Of a stretch of 64,000 nt of DNA, positions 49,232 through 61,308 are shown piece by piece. A program made the translations under genes and the position numbers. The DNA lies in NCBI GenBank assembly GCA_964057225.1, contig OZ059894.1, positions 16,058,001 through 16,122,000 of the forward strand. The letters run 5' to 3'. The notes below the pieces were generated by a model. That model had not been told where the DNA came from. It made no database searches and saw only the letters and a list, made by a program, of their open reading frames with translations. Position 1 is the stretch's first letter, and every line of letters begins with the position of its first letter. Origin of the DNA: Auanema rhodensis (lineage: Eukaryota; Animalia; Nematoda).

Positions 49232-52200
49232 ATGCCCTCTGGAACATTTTCTGATATAAAAAATTTACATGTGAAAGGGCATATCTCTATAGCTCGTGAC
49301 AAAAACCAGTTGAGAAAAGAGGTAAATATTGTCCTATTTATTATAGTTGAAGAATTTATTGAAGTTTTTAACATGTGGAACTGATGGGACCATATATTTA
49401 TGGAATGAGAAATGTTTTAACGCAAATGAAACTCCTGAAGTTGTAAATATTGGAGAATCTACTAACAGTTGTATAGTATGGAAGGTAATTTTAAATGCAC
49501 TGCTGCATTATAATACGTACTATTTAGGGAGAAAACGTTTATCTAGGATGTACTACGACTGATTTCCTTCTTGGAAATGAGAAAAAAATTATAGGAAAAG
49601 CCTCAATTAACGATTTAGGGAGCGTCAGTTGTGTAAGCACATACATCAATTTGTTTTCTTAACTATTTAATGTTAAGGCTTTGAACTTTGGTTTAGAGCC
49701 AACAGCAGTCGATGTGGGGGAAAAGTTTTTAGTTGCTGGATCTAGGTACCAGTTTTTATTTCACTGGTTTTTTCCACTACTTTACTTTAGTGACTTTACG
49801 GTGAAAATTGCCAAAATTGGAAAAGAAGAAACGTACGAAAGATTATCTTTAGAAGGTGAAATCCTATCTATAGCAATTTCTCCTGATGAAAAGGTTTGTT
49901 CACTTATCGCTCAATAACGTATTTTACTATTTTAAGTATTGTGCATTCTCGGTTACTAATGGTTCTGTTTCTATTTATGATTTGACTGAAGACGTGCCTA
50001 AGAATGTATTTTCGGAAAAGATGTTTCCTGGCATATCTCTTATAGAGTTTGTTTCTTGTACGTGAAAAAAAGAGTTTATTAACTTTTTTCAGCATAGAAA
50101 ATCCTCGTACTATTCTTGCTTGGTCTAGTTCAGGTCATGAGCTGTATGTCCCTTCTACTGGTGTTATCAAAATAGTCGATCCAATATCCTGGACAGTAAG
50201 CAACAAAATGTTCAGAGGAAAAGGCGTAGAAGTTGTGAGTTTTATTTTATAAAGTTGATCTCTATGTTTAACACGTAGGACGTTTTTTCTACTCTATGTA
50301 TTTCACCCTGCGGTAGCTATTTGGCATCATCAACTATTACAAATCATTGCTTTATTTGGAGAACTTCTGATAGGTATTATAAGCAAACTTCGTTTTGAAT
50401 GTCCTTTGATGTTTCAGAGAGATAGTTTCGCAAAACCATTATAAGAGGATCTCCCAAGGAAAAAATATTATTACATCTCTAGCATTCAGTCCAACTGAAG
50501 GACGTTCTCTGATTGTTGCTGACGCTAATGTAAATTGTTTTTTTTAATAGAAAATCATAATTCAATTCAGGAAGGGCTGAGTCTATGGAAAAATGCACTT
50601 CCTGCAGGTCTTGGAGAAATACCAACTGTAGCACCAGGACCAGTTAATGATGCTAGTATGGTAAGATCATTTTAGTCGTAAAATCTTGTGAGGCAATTTG
50701 ATTTCAGGATGACGATGACGATGATGAAGAAGATGCTCCTATCAAAAGACGCAATAAACTAATTCTCGATGAAGCTGATGATGACATGGATGCTGGACAG
50801 GACGATGAGGATACAAGACGTATTCGAACAGTCCTTGGTTCTTTCACATTTCAAATTTTTAGTCTCAAACGATATTGGAGCAATCAAAAAGAAATATGGA
50901 TTCACTGAAGAAACCACTGGTAGATTGGAGGATTTTGGCTTTGGACCAATAAGTCCTGGGCATCAGTCTAGGGAGGGAACCAATGAAATGTTTGTATTTT
51001 TTATTTTATTGATTTATTTTGATCTATTTAAAGGAAATCGTATGAGCCAACTACAATTACTAAAATTGTTGAATACGAACCTGCCGTTATTCCAACTCAA
51101 TTCGTCTCGGGTAGTACTCCATCTCACCATGTCCGACGCTACCTGGTATTTCTAAGGTTATTCGTTTTCAAAATAAATCTTATTCTTAGAAGTGGAACAG
51201 ATATGGCGTAGTACGATCTTTCACCGAAGAGGAGAATAACAGTTTAGAGGTGAATATATGTTTTATTGCTGATGCTTACTTGATATTTTTAGATTGAGTT
51301 TCACGATGCTAGTGTTCATTCGGAAATTATCATTGATAATTCTGCTTCGAATTATTGTTTGGCCGATCTTTGCGATAAAGCTATCGTATTAGCTAGTTCA
51401 CCTGATGAGAAAAATGGACAAAGGTTTTTTTTTACTAATGGTTGTTATAAAAATTTGGTATTCAAGTGAGATTCTTGTGATTCATATCTCCTCCTGGGAC
51501 CCGGAATCTCGGCGATGGAACACGAAGTTGCCTGTTCGTGATATTGCTGTTGATGTTTTGGTATAATTCATACCGTTTTCTATTCATCTACTAAAAATTA
51601 TAGGCTTCCTCAGAAATTATTTGTGTTGTTACTTCTCAACGCAATATTAGAGTTTTTACTCTTGGTGGAACCCAACGACATGTAATATGTCATCCAGGTA
51701 CATAAAGCATTTTGTCTCTGTTATGGTTTCTTTGTTTAGCTCCAATTCTGACCTGTGCTCTATTTGGAAATAAATTATCAGTTGCTTCTGTTAATGGCGG
51801 CGAATTTTATGAAGAATATCATGGATCTCGAAAAAGCAAAGCTCATTATCAAGTATGTCAGGTCTAAATGAGTCTTATCTTTAAATTCGTTCTTGTCATA
51901 GTATTCTGTGAGCTCTTATAATATGAGTGTTCGGGGCTGGTCAGGATTAGAAAATTCAGTAAATACGCAGAATCTTCCTGTTTGTCCGGGAAAAAGACCT
52001 TTATGGCTTGCGTACAGTAGTACTGGGCAACTAATAACAATGGATAATGATTGTATGTTTATTGAAGAAACAAATCTTCAACCGTTTCTCAAACAGATAT
52101 TGTTCGATTGAAGTCTCCAGCTGGTTTCTGGGTTCCAATCTTTGATGGTGCGAAAGAAATTCAAGATAAGTCTGACGGTATTTGGCCTATTGCTGTAGTT

Positions 52201-53450
52201 GAAGGAAATACTAGACAATTTCGGTGAGCAAAAATTTCTAATAAGATTTTTATTGAATACGTTTAGATATTTATATTGTAAAGGAACTAGACATCCTTCA
52301 TTAACAACCAAGCAAGTTCCTTTAATATCTGAATGGCACCTTCCATATTGCCAACCTGAAAGTGAGAAGTCCAAGTTGGAAGAAACCTTGTTCCTTAATG
52401 AATTACAGCAGAATGTAGCTAATGATATTGGTACAAGCTTATCGGTATGGTTAAAAATCATACCTTTCTGATGTGTTTTGTTCAGGAGCTGAACTCCAGT
52501 TATCTTCAAAACTTGGTCAAGTTGTTCGCACTTGCTTGCAAGTCAGAAAGGGAGACAAGAGCCTCAGAGTTGGCTTCATTTGTATCGTCATCCAAGGGAA
52601 TTCAAGTGATGTGTAATTATGCTTCTACTCTGAAGAAAAGTGCTTTAGCCGAAAAAGTAAATAAGTTCAAATCAATTTTAAATATTTCTTGTTGATAATT
52701 TGAAGGTGGCTGCAATTGGAAGGGAAAATTTAACTGACAGCCAGCCAATGGAAAGGAAAGCCCCAATTACTATAGCTCCCCGAAGAGTTTCTATGAAGAG
52801 GAGAACGATTGAGCCAGCTCCTTCCAGAATATCTGAAGTTATTGTTCGTTATAACGTTATTACCAGTGCTAACCTCGTATCTTGCAGAGTCAGGCTGAGT
52901 CAGTAGATGTTTTTGAAGAGCGAGATGAAGAGCCTAACGAAAATGCTTCTCAAATGAATGAGAGTCTCTTCTCTGAAAGTATTCCAATTCCTCTCACGCC
53001 TTTCAATAGAAATCCATTCAAGGTGAGCTAATGAACATTTATGGATAAAATTTGAATTGAACAATTTTGCTTTTAGCGTGCTGCTGATTCTGCATTAGAT
53101 ACTTCAACTCAATCTGTGTTTGAACAACTTGAATCATCTTTTGATAACACTAAGAAAAGATCTCGGGAAGAAGCGGTGAGTTGTAAATTTTATAAGTTGA
53201 GCACAGCCATATTTGTAGTGCATATATGATTATATGCGACTGTTAATGGCTGTGCAAAATCATCGCGAAGCGATAATTAAAAAGCAGTCGAACTTTACTT
53301 TCCTTCCGTAGATTTTGTATCTCGGGGGGTCTTAGCAGTTCGAACATTAAACACCCACACACCATTTTTTAATTAATTTTTTTTAAGACTCAATCATCTC
53401 CATTCCCATCCAATAAGAGACAAAAAAAATTATCTGATTGGAAAGTATAA
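49232..53450 (+). CDS. ctf-4: Ctf4/AND-1/WDHD1 replisome hub (WD40 + SepB domains)
   Basis: WD40 exons (LTCGTDGTIYLW, LAWSSSG, ISPCGSYLAS), FVSGSTP...RRYL.WNRYGVV, IEFHDASVH, RVFTLGGTQ, IWPIAV, YLYCKG..HP, KLFALACKSERETRA. Ends KRQKKLSDWKV*. Confidence 0.92.
53199..53349 (+). ncRNA. Intronic H/ACA RNA (ctf-4 last intron); predicted U2 snRNA pseudouridylation guide
   Basis: Hairpin 1 stem GCACAGCCAU/AUGGCUGUGC, H box AAAUCA (53257-53262), then a small hinge hairpin. Hairpin 2 stem UCGAACU/AGUUCGA with pocket UUACUUU/UCUUAGC, 14 nt before ACA-UUA. Confidence 0.85.
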
Positions 53451-53780
53451 CTGAAAATGTATGATATATGTAGCAATATTTTCTGTCTTTTATAATTGTA
53501 TTTACTTTAATTTGAAAAATACTAACATTAAAATTTTTGTGAATAAATTATCGTTAAAATTATGTTGGTTGCCTTATTATTCAAGTAAGATTTTCTTAAA
53601 GAAAAATATTTTGGAAATCATAACAAATAACAGTTAATCACAAACAGTTCTAGAAATATGCAATACCCAATTCTAAATGGTCCAACCTATTCTTACTGTT
53701 TATGCCTTTTTTTTACGCCATTTCGTATAACTATACTTCTCAGCTTAATTTAAAAGTGGGTAGATGGTATTTAAGTAATA

Positions 53781-56113
53781 TTAGGTAGCTGCTTTCTTTG
53801 GAGTTGTCTGTTTACTTCCTGGATTAGCCTTTTTAAGTTGTGAATGTTCTTCGTCACTGATGTCTGAGGGCATCACGCAATCCTGTAGGCTAAATAAATT
53901 CACCTTTAAAATAGGTCGAAATACCTTTGTTTCAGGGAGAAACACAAGTAGTATTGCCCCAATGCCGCATAATAATCCAACAGTTACAAATTTGATATAA
54001 CTTGTGCCAGTAGCTTCAGACCCCTAGTAATGCTTGTTAATTTTTTTGGAAGAAATATACTGACAATATGTTTGAACAGAGGGGCTAAAATAATTCCTAA
54101 ACTTTGAGGAACGTTTATTATCGAAAATGCAAACGATCGCACTGAAGTAGGCATCATTTCCGAAGCATATATTGGATGAATAGTATATGCAATGCTAAAA
54201 ATTGAAATCAATAAAGATTGAAGTCCATGTCGATTACCTGTTCACAAACTTCCCAGCTAACATGAAGCATGTAGGAGCCCAGGCAGAAGGTGAATCTGAA
54301 TACCCGAATAGTTGAATATATTTTTGAGAATTTTACTTGTAAAGAATGGCGCGACTGCCAACAAAACTCCTTGAAGGACGAGAGAAATGCCAATCACTTC
54401 CCTTCTTCCAAAATAAAGCATAAGAGGTATAACGATAAGTCCTCCTATAAGATTACAAAGATTAAGAAACTTTCTAGCTACATATTAATAAATTGTACCT
54501 GGAATTTCAACAAATGCTGAAAGCATGTAGGCTGTAAATCTGTCGCTACTTAAGTCTACAGACATAAATGATATTCCAAAATAGTACAATGCTAAACAGA
54601 ACCTAAGAAAATGTTTAACAGCGAGCGTATAGGTGCTTACTGGATATATCCATTAATTGCTAAATATTTTCTTATTGTGGCATTCTTAAAGACTATTATT
54701 GGTTCTTGCTTAACTTCTTCATCTTGAGGTGCGCTGTCACTATCCAAACAGTCTTGAATATTGATCTCACAGTTACTCCATCTAAAATATATATTTAATT
54801 TGCATAATTAAATTATGATTACTTGTTTGATGTTTGAATGTACTGCTTAATTTCTTTGCTTCTTTTTTTCAATACTAGCCAATGAGGAGACTCTGGCATC
54901 CAACTGAAACTATGATTTAAAAGATTTAGTAGAAAAAATCTTTACTAAAAATAAAGTACGAAGAAAATCCCAGGAAATGATATCATCATATACATCCATC
55001 GCCACTCATGAACAAATAAAGATAACAAACCAACCTGGATAACCGTTTGAATACTTATTTTCGAATAAAAAACTAACATAAAACATTCCAAGTGCCCACG
55101 CAAGAGTGTAAATAAGAGATATCCAAGCTCGACAGTGAGTAGATATAAGTTCACAGGTTAAAATAGCAACAATAGATATATATGTCTGTAATGATCAAAA
55201 TACGTATGTTTTTGAATGAGTTTAAATGACATCGCTTGCTCCCCCGATGATAAATCGACAAAGAAGAAACAATTCAAAGTTAGGAGACAAGGCTGCCAAA
55301 ATATTAACAACAAAGCTAAAATCATATTAATGTTTCATCACAGATATATCAAATATTTTTAGCATACGCTATTGTTAAGGAACCCAAAAGTACAGGTCTA
55401 CGCCCAATTCTATCAGCTAGAGTGGATGTGAAAGGAACAGTAACAATAGCTCCTTTAAAAAATCTTAAACAATGTACGGTTAGACAACATCGCTTACCGA
55501 TAGTAAAAAATATAATTGAAGCTTCTTTCCAGAAGTAATGCTTACATGTCAGTCCAAACTCTAGTACTATACTCGTTACTGGTTCACTATCACGTAACCT
55601 AGTGAAGTAATGTTAAGAAATAAGCGTTGCCCTCAAAATTACATTAGTGTGGTGTGTGATGTTTCGCCACATTGCTGTCGAGAAGACGTGTTGGTTAACC
55701 AACAGCTTTCATCTATATCTACGAGTGTATTCGTAACCTAAATCTACTGCTAGTTTAATTTCAAATGCAGCGAAACTCTTACAGACTCTGTGCAATTCAT
55801 AAAAGGATTTAATTGTATATAGCTCATAACATATACAGTTGAAGCATATGTGAAGTTCAATAACTGGCATAACAAATACCCAAAAGCTTGATATCTAATG
55901 ACATGAATCGAACTATTCGACTTTATATATAAAGGTTACCTCCCGCATACTCCATAAGAATCAACAATCTTATTTGCATCTAAATGTTTATATATCCGTT
56001 TTCTTTGATTCCTTTGTCGATAAGAAATATAATGATACCTTGACCCTATATTCTAAATTCAAAATCCTTAGTAAGCATTTAGAAATCACACAACCACTCA
56101 CCGATGACAGCAT
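53781..56113 (-). CDS. SLC22 / organic cation transporter-like MFS protein
   Basis: MFS motif A LADRIGRRPVLL, RFIIG, PESPHWL, IYASEMMPTSVRS, FLPETKD. Start MLSS|NIGSRY... inferred from splice sites. Confidence 0.9.
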
Positions 56114-59100
56114 ATTATAAATGATTACCGAAACTGATTGAAATGGTCCCAACAAGAAAATGTACAACATTTCTTTTAGAAATTTGATTTGACATGAATT
56201 GAGAATAATATATGTATTTATAGTTTTTATTTTCCATATTTCTTGGAAACAAAGTAATATGATGATAGTCTTAGCAAAATAATATTCAATTGCTGCAAAA
56301 TTTGAGGATTGTCTACTTGTCTAATGTAGGATTAGTTAAAGAATATAATCTATGAAAATCAAAAAATTCTATTATGGTTTGTGAATAATTTTTTCATAGG
56401 AAATAGAAATATAGTATGGCTTTGAAAAAATATTAATATTCTAGGGTTTAAAGTATATCTATTTTGGTTATTCACATCATTTTGATCAATGTTTAATGAT
56501 TGCTTTTCATGCAAAACTTGGTCGTCCAACTTCTTTTTCACGGCTAGACATGGATGAATGACCATTTTATAATAACCAAATTCGGCTTTTGAACTTTCTT
56601 AATATCCTCCAGGAATAACTAAGAGTTATGACGTTTGTATTTATAAATGGATAATGCATATTTTTGCTAATAATTGAACGTTATATGGTAAGATTTGTCT
56701 TCTTGAAAAAATGCTTAACTAATTTCTCCCTGACTGACCTTTTCAAGGGTGATTTCATGATAAATTTAGAGATCCGAATCTTTTGAGTTATTCACAGAGT
56801 TCTGGATCTTAAATAGGTTGACATTCTTCCGCCTTCTTATCTTTTTCTTCGAAATGCCTTTTCATTTCGCCTGACTTCTGGTTTTTGTTGTCTAATTTTT
56901 GACATATCAAAGCAAGCCATTAAAAAATGAAGCGTATTTTTTTAGTTGATTTTGATACTTGCAGCTTGAGAACTGGTTGAAAATGCAATTCAATACTGAA
57001 AGCTGTTATAGGTTTTTTCTGATATTAAATTTGCACAAGACTTATAATCATATAGTATATATTCTATTAAATGAATTTTGAAAATATATATTCACATAAG
57101 TACATATTAGTATGCTTAGGCTTTCATCTTAGTTGGAAATATTAATAAAAATTTATTCTTATTCGCTGTTTATATTTTAACTTCAAAAAGGTTGTCCCTG
57201 AAATATTTTCTCATCTTCGTTTCGTGGCTGAACTTAAAAATATTTTTGCCGTACTTGTGATTTAGTAATTGTTTTCTATAGTGAAAGAAAAAAAGGCACA
57301 AGCGATCTACTTAATTCTAAAAAAAAGAATTGAAGTCTCTTTAGAAAGAAGTGAAAAAAAGGAAATCAGCCCAACAGTATCAACATCTTATTCTTCTATA
57401 ACTTTTCATCATTTTGAAGAATTTGGATACAAACCTAATGGTTTTTTCTTTTTTTGCTGCAATGTTCTATAACGCTCCCTTTTGAAGGAAATTGAGTTTC
57501 TTTTTTTCTCAAATCTTTCAGTGAAGCAATATTTTCCAAATATAACGTATAACCTCAAAACAGTTCATTTATTTCATCTTTTTTTGAATTTATACACATT
57601 GAATAGACATTGAAAAACCATGTCTAAATCTGATGCTTTTTCGAAAAATATTATACATCACTGAAATATTTCGTTAGCTTTTCTTGATTTTTTCGGTAAA
57701 TATTTCTACATACATTCGCTTGTTTCCGTTTCAAATTGAAGCGTCATAGACCATGATAACTTCTCGTCGTATTATCCGTAGTCATAGTTTAGTATGACTT
57801 GAATAACTTCACATAAAGGTTATATCATAACCTGAACTCTTTGATATATTACAATGCAGAAGAGACCGACTGTCATTTTATCCTCAATGTCCCTCTCATA
57901 CATTTTCAAAATTTCATTTATATTTTGGTAAAGCAGTTTGATACAAAGTTGTTATTATTATATATCGATGATCTTCTTAAGATATTATCTGTGAGTTCAA
58001 GTTTTCAATCCATATACAGCAATCTAGTTGACAACATTTCCTGAAATTTTCTTAAAATATCATGTTTGCTAGACTGATCCGAGTACTATTTTAGATTTCA
58101 GATGATTAGGGTCCTACACTAGCCTTGTTCTTGAATTTTGAAATCTTCCACTTCATTCTTCATTTCTTTGTGTCCTTTGAAAAATAGAATAGAATGTTAT
58201 ATTAATTTGAAATAATTGTTTATCTAGAGGTAAAACAAGAGCTTTGATCATTATTATCAGATATGAAGTAACACAGATGTATTGTGGTGTGATAATATAG
58301 GAAATGTTTCTTTATCGTATATTTTGTGTATAATTAAATATAAAATTACAAAAAGTTTAGTATTATTATACATTTCTATTCCTTATAATTTTTTAATAAT
58401 TTTTGAGATTCTTTCACCTTGAATACTTTTGTTCTTTGTCTAAATATAAAAGAAAGAAATGTTTTTTGTTTCAGAAACCAAATGACAGCATATTCATTTT
58501 GACTCAAAGTACTTCTTATCCTTATATTGCTGTCAACGATGACAACAGACGAGTTTCTCTTGTCCTCTTGGCTTTTCTAGCCTCCGGCTCTGGCTTCAGG
58601 TCGGACTCAATTTCCATTATAAACATGAAAAACAGCGTTCATTTGCATGTCTAAAATAAAAAGAAAATAAAAGAAAATTTATTTAAAAGCCGTATTAGTT
58701 TCTGTCACATCCTATATGTATGTTCCTTATTTTGATTTTGCTTGATTCTCGCGTCATTCGTATGCATTGTTTGTTTGTTTGCTTTCCAGAAGTGTTCAAT
58801 GTTTTCAAACATTAAGCTTGACTTTCATACTTATCTTTATATGCTCGAAATAGAAATATCGTCGTTCTAAACACGGATTTTAAGGACCATATAAGGGCAA
58901 TCGTCTCTTTTTCTCGAATATCTGTGGCTTTAAAAAAAACATAATATGAACATATACGTATCATCTTCATTTGCTTCGTTTTTCAAATAAATAACTACTG
59001 ATATGAACATTTGAGAATTTCTATATTTTTGAAAACATTTTTAGTTCAAATTACCAGATTATACGAAGGGAATTTCTTATATTCTTTAAACAGTTTATAT

Positions 59101-61247
59101 ATTTTTCTTTTTCACTTGTTATGTGAATACTTAAGAGTACAAAATTTGCCCTATGATTAATTACAACCCTTACTACTACTGGCTTCATCTCTTCCTTTCT
59201 CTCTCTCTCTATATCCGTTTTCAATTTTTAAATTTGATTCAATATAAGTCTTTGTCAATTATAAGAAATTCATATTTAACCAAATACTTCAAGATTTTAT
59301 AAAGATATTCATTTCTTCTTATTATATTCTCTGAGAATTAAATGCTTAACATCACGTAGTGATGGAACTCTAACTCTAATGAAAAAATTAAAAAGAATTT
59401 TGTTTTGAAAGTTACTCCTTGTCTCAGTTTTTTCTTTATTTCCATGCAGTTCTTCTTTCTTTTTCTTCTTACAAGTGTTTAAGTTTAACATTTCGTCATA
59501 AACTTATAATTAACTTTAACAAAATAAACCAATGAAATATGAAAATAACAGAGTTTTGAAAATAAGAGGACTGGACGATGAGAGAGATAAAGAGACAGAT
59601 ATTAGATCTAACTTAAACGACATTCATATGGATTTCTTCAAGTTTCGAGTGGCTGCCTCGTATCTGAGAAAGTGAATTGTGGATGATGTCATGTAAATTG
59701 TATTTTTCTATTTCTCTAGTTCTCTGTATATATCAATAATTCTTACTCCTCTCTTCTTTATTTGCTATATCTTAAAGCATTGAGTGAAAAGGAGAAAAAT
59801 GAAAGTTAGAGAGGGTGAATGAAGCATGAGGTTGGTTATAGTATAGGAAAGAAGAAGTGAGCTTTTCCCAATTAGACGTTTGTCTGCCAAAAATAGTTAG
59901 TAGAAAACTTTGAACGAAACGAAGAAAGGCATATCATTTGATTTTTCATCTTCCTGTCTCTTTTTATTATTTGATTCAACAAACCTATATGAATTTACAT
60001 ATATATATATCCTTATAACCATAGCATACATGTTTATATATAGAAAAAAACCTCAATATAGAGTATTACGTATATGTTCATACATGCATACATCTATATG
60101 AAATATGCATTGCAGTTTTCTTTATATTTTTCCTCAAATTATTGTTACGACAATGACGTTCCTGATCATCATAGTGATGTACTAATTGTCTGAACTCTGG
60201 TTTTAGCTAAGACATCGGAATGTTTTTAATTCTTCATTTTTTAAAATTCTTCTATTTTTTTTGTATTATTATGAGCTTGATGATCATACGAACTGACACA
60301 GAACTTTAAACGAAAGGCTAACGAACTACATAGTTTCATGCTTACAACGAATCATCACAAGTGTGATTAGTTAGTTGGCAAATCAAAATATTTCCCATAG
60401 CGCTCAACCTCTGAACTTCAGTTTTTCGTTTCTTATTCATCTTGCTTAGTCCTTATTCAATAGTTCTATATGATTTTTGACAATCAACAACGTTTTCGAA
60501 AGGCGTTAGGAGCATTTTTCAATATGTTTATGAAAATAATTGATCTTTTATAGTTCAAAGATGAAACAATTAACAATGAGGAAAAAGAAAAATAGTCTGC
60601 AAGATGCTGTATATTCAAATGTTTTTTGTTGTTTTAATTTGTTGAGCATTTGATTTTTTGTATAATATCACAAATATTCAGAATATATAACTACATAACT
60701 TAACTTTGATTCAATTAATTTTTTTCCTTTTAAACCAAAACGATCGATGTTATGACCTGTGTCAAAGGAATATATTGAACTTTGGAGGATTGCCCCCAGA
60801 GAGTCAGAAATCATCCTTCTATAGGATGAGATAAAACTTAAGATGTTCTAAAAAAAGGTATTGAAATAGAGAAGCTTCACTTCAGGTCATAACATGGAGG
60901 AAGAAAAAATTAAATCTTCTAAGGTCAACTAGTATCCCCAAATTGGAACTCACATGCCGATATGCAGTGTATATGCAGGAAAGTGCAAGCGAAAAGAGGG
61001 AAGAAGAAACTTTCGAAGGATACAACTTAGTTCTGTTAAATGGAAAGCAAGTATTTGCATGATTTATCCACGTTTTTCTTGAAACTTTAAAAAAGAAGCT
61101 TTTGACAGGTTTTTAAAATATCTCCTCAAAAGCTTCCTTCTTCAATAGATGCTTGTATTTCGAAATAAAAAGTAAAGGAAAAAATTTGCTTTCAAACATT
61201 TATATTTTTAGATATTTTGGATATTTGGATATCTCATAAAACACTTT

Positions 61248-61266
61248 TTCTCTCTCTCTCTATTCC

Positions 61267-61305
<39 letters not shown>
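61248..61305. repeat. (TC)n microsatellite
   Basis: Directly visible, interrupted once. Confidence 0.9.

Positions 61306-61308
<3 letters not shown>

Noticed and set aside
13817-53349. Telomerase RNA among the intronic ncRNA candidates
   Set aside because: None contains a conserved 1.5-repeat template for TTAGGC. CTAAGC occurs only in copies 2-3 of the C/D-like RNA.
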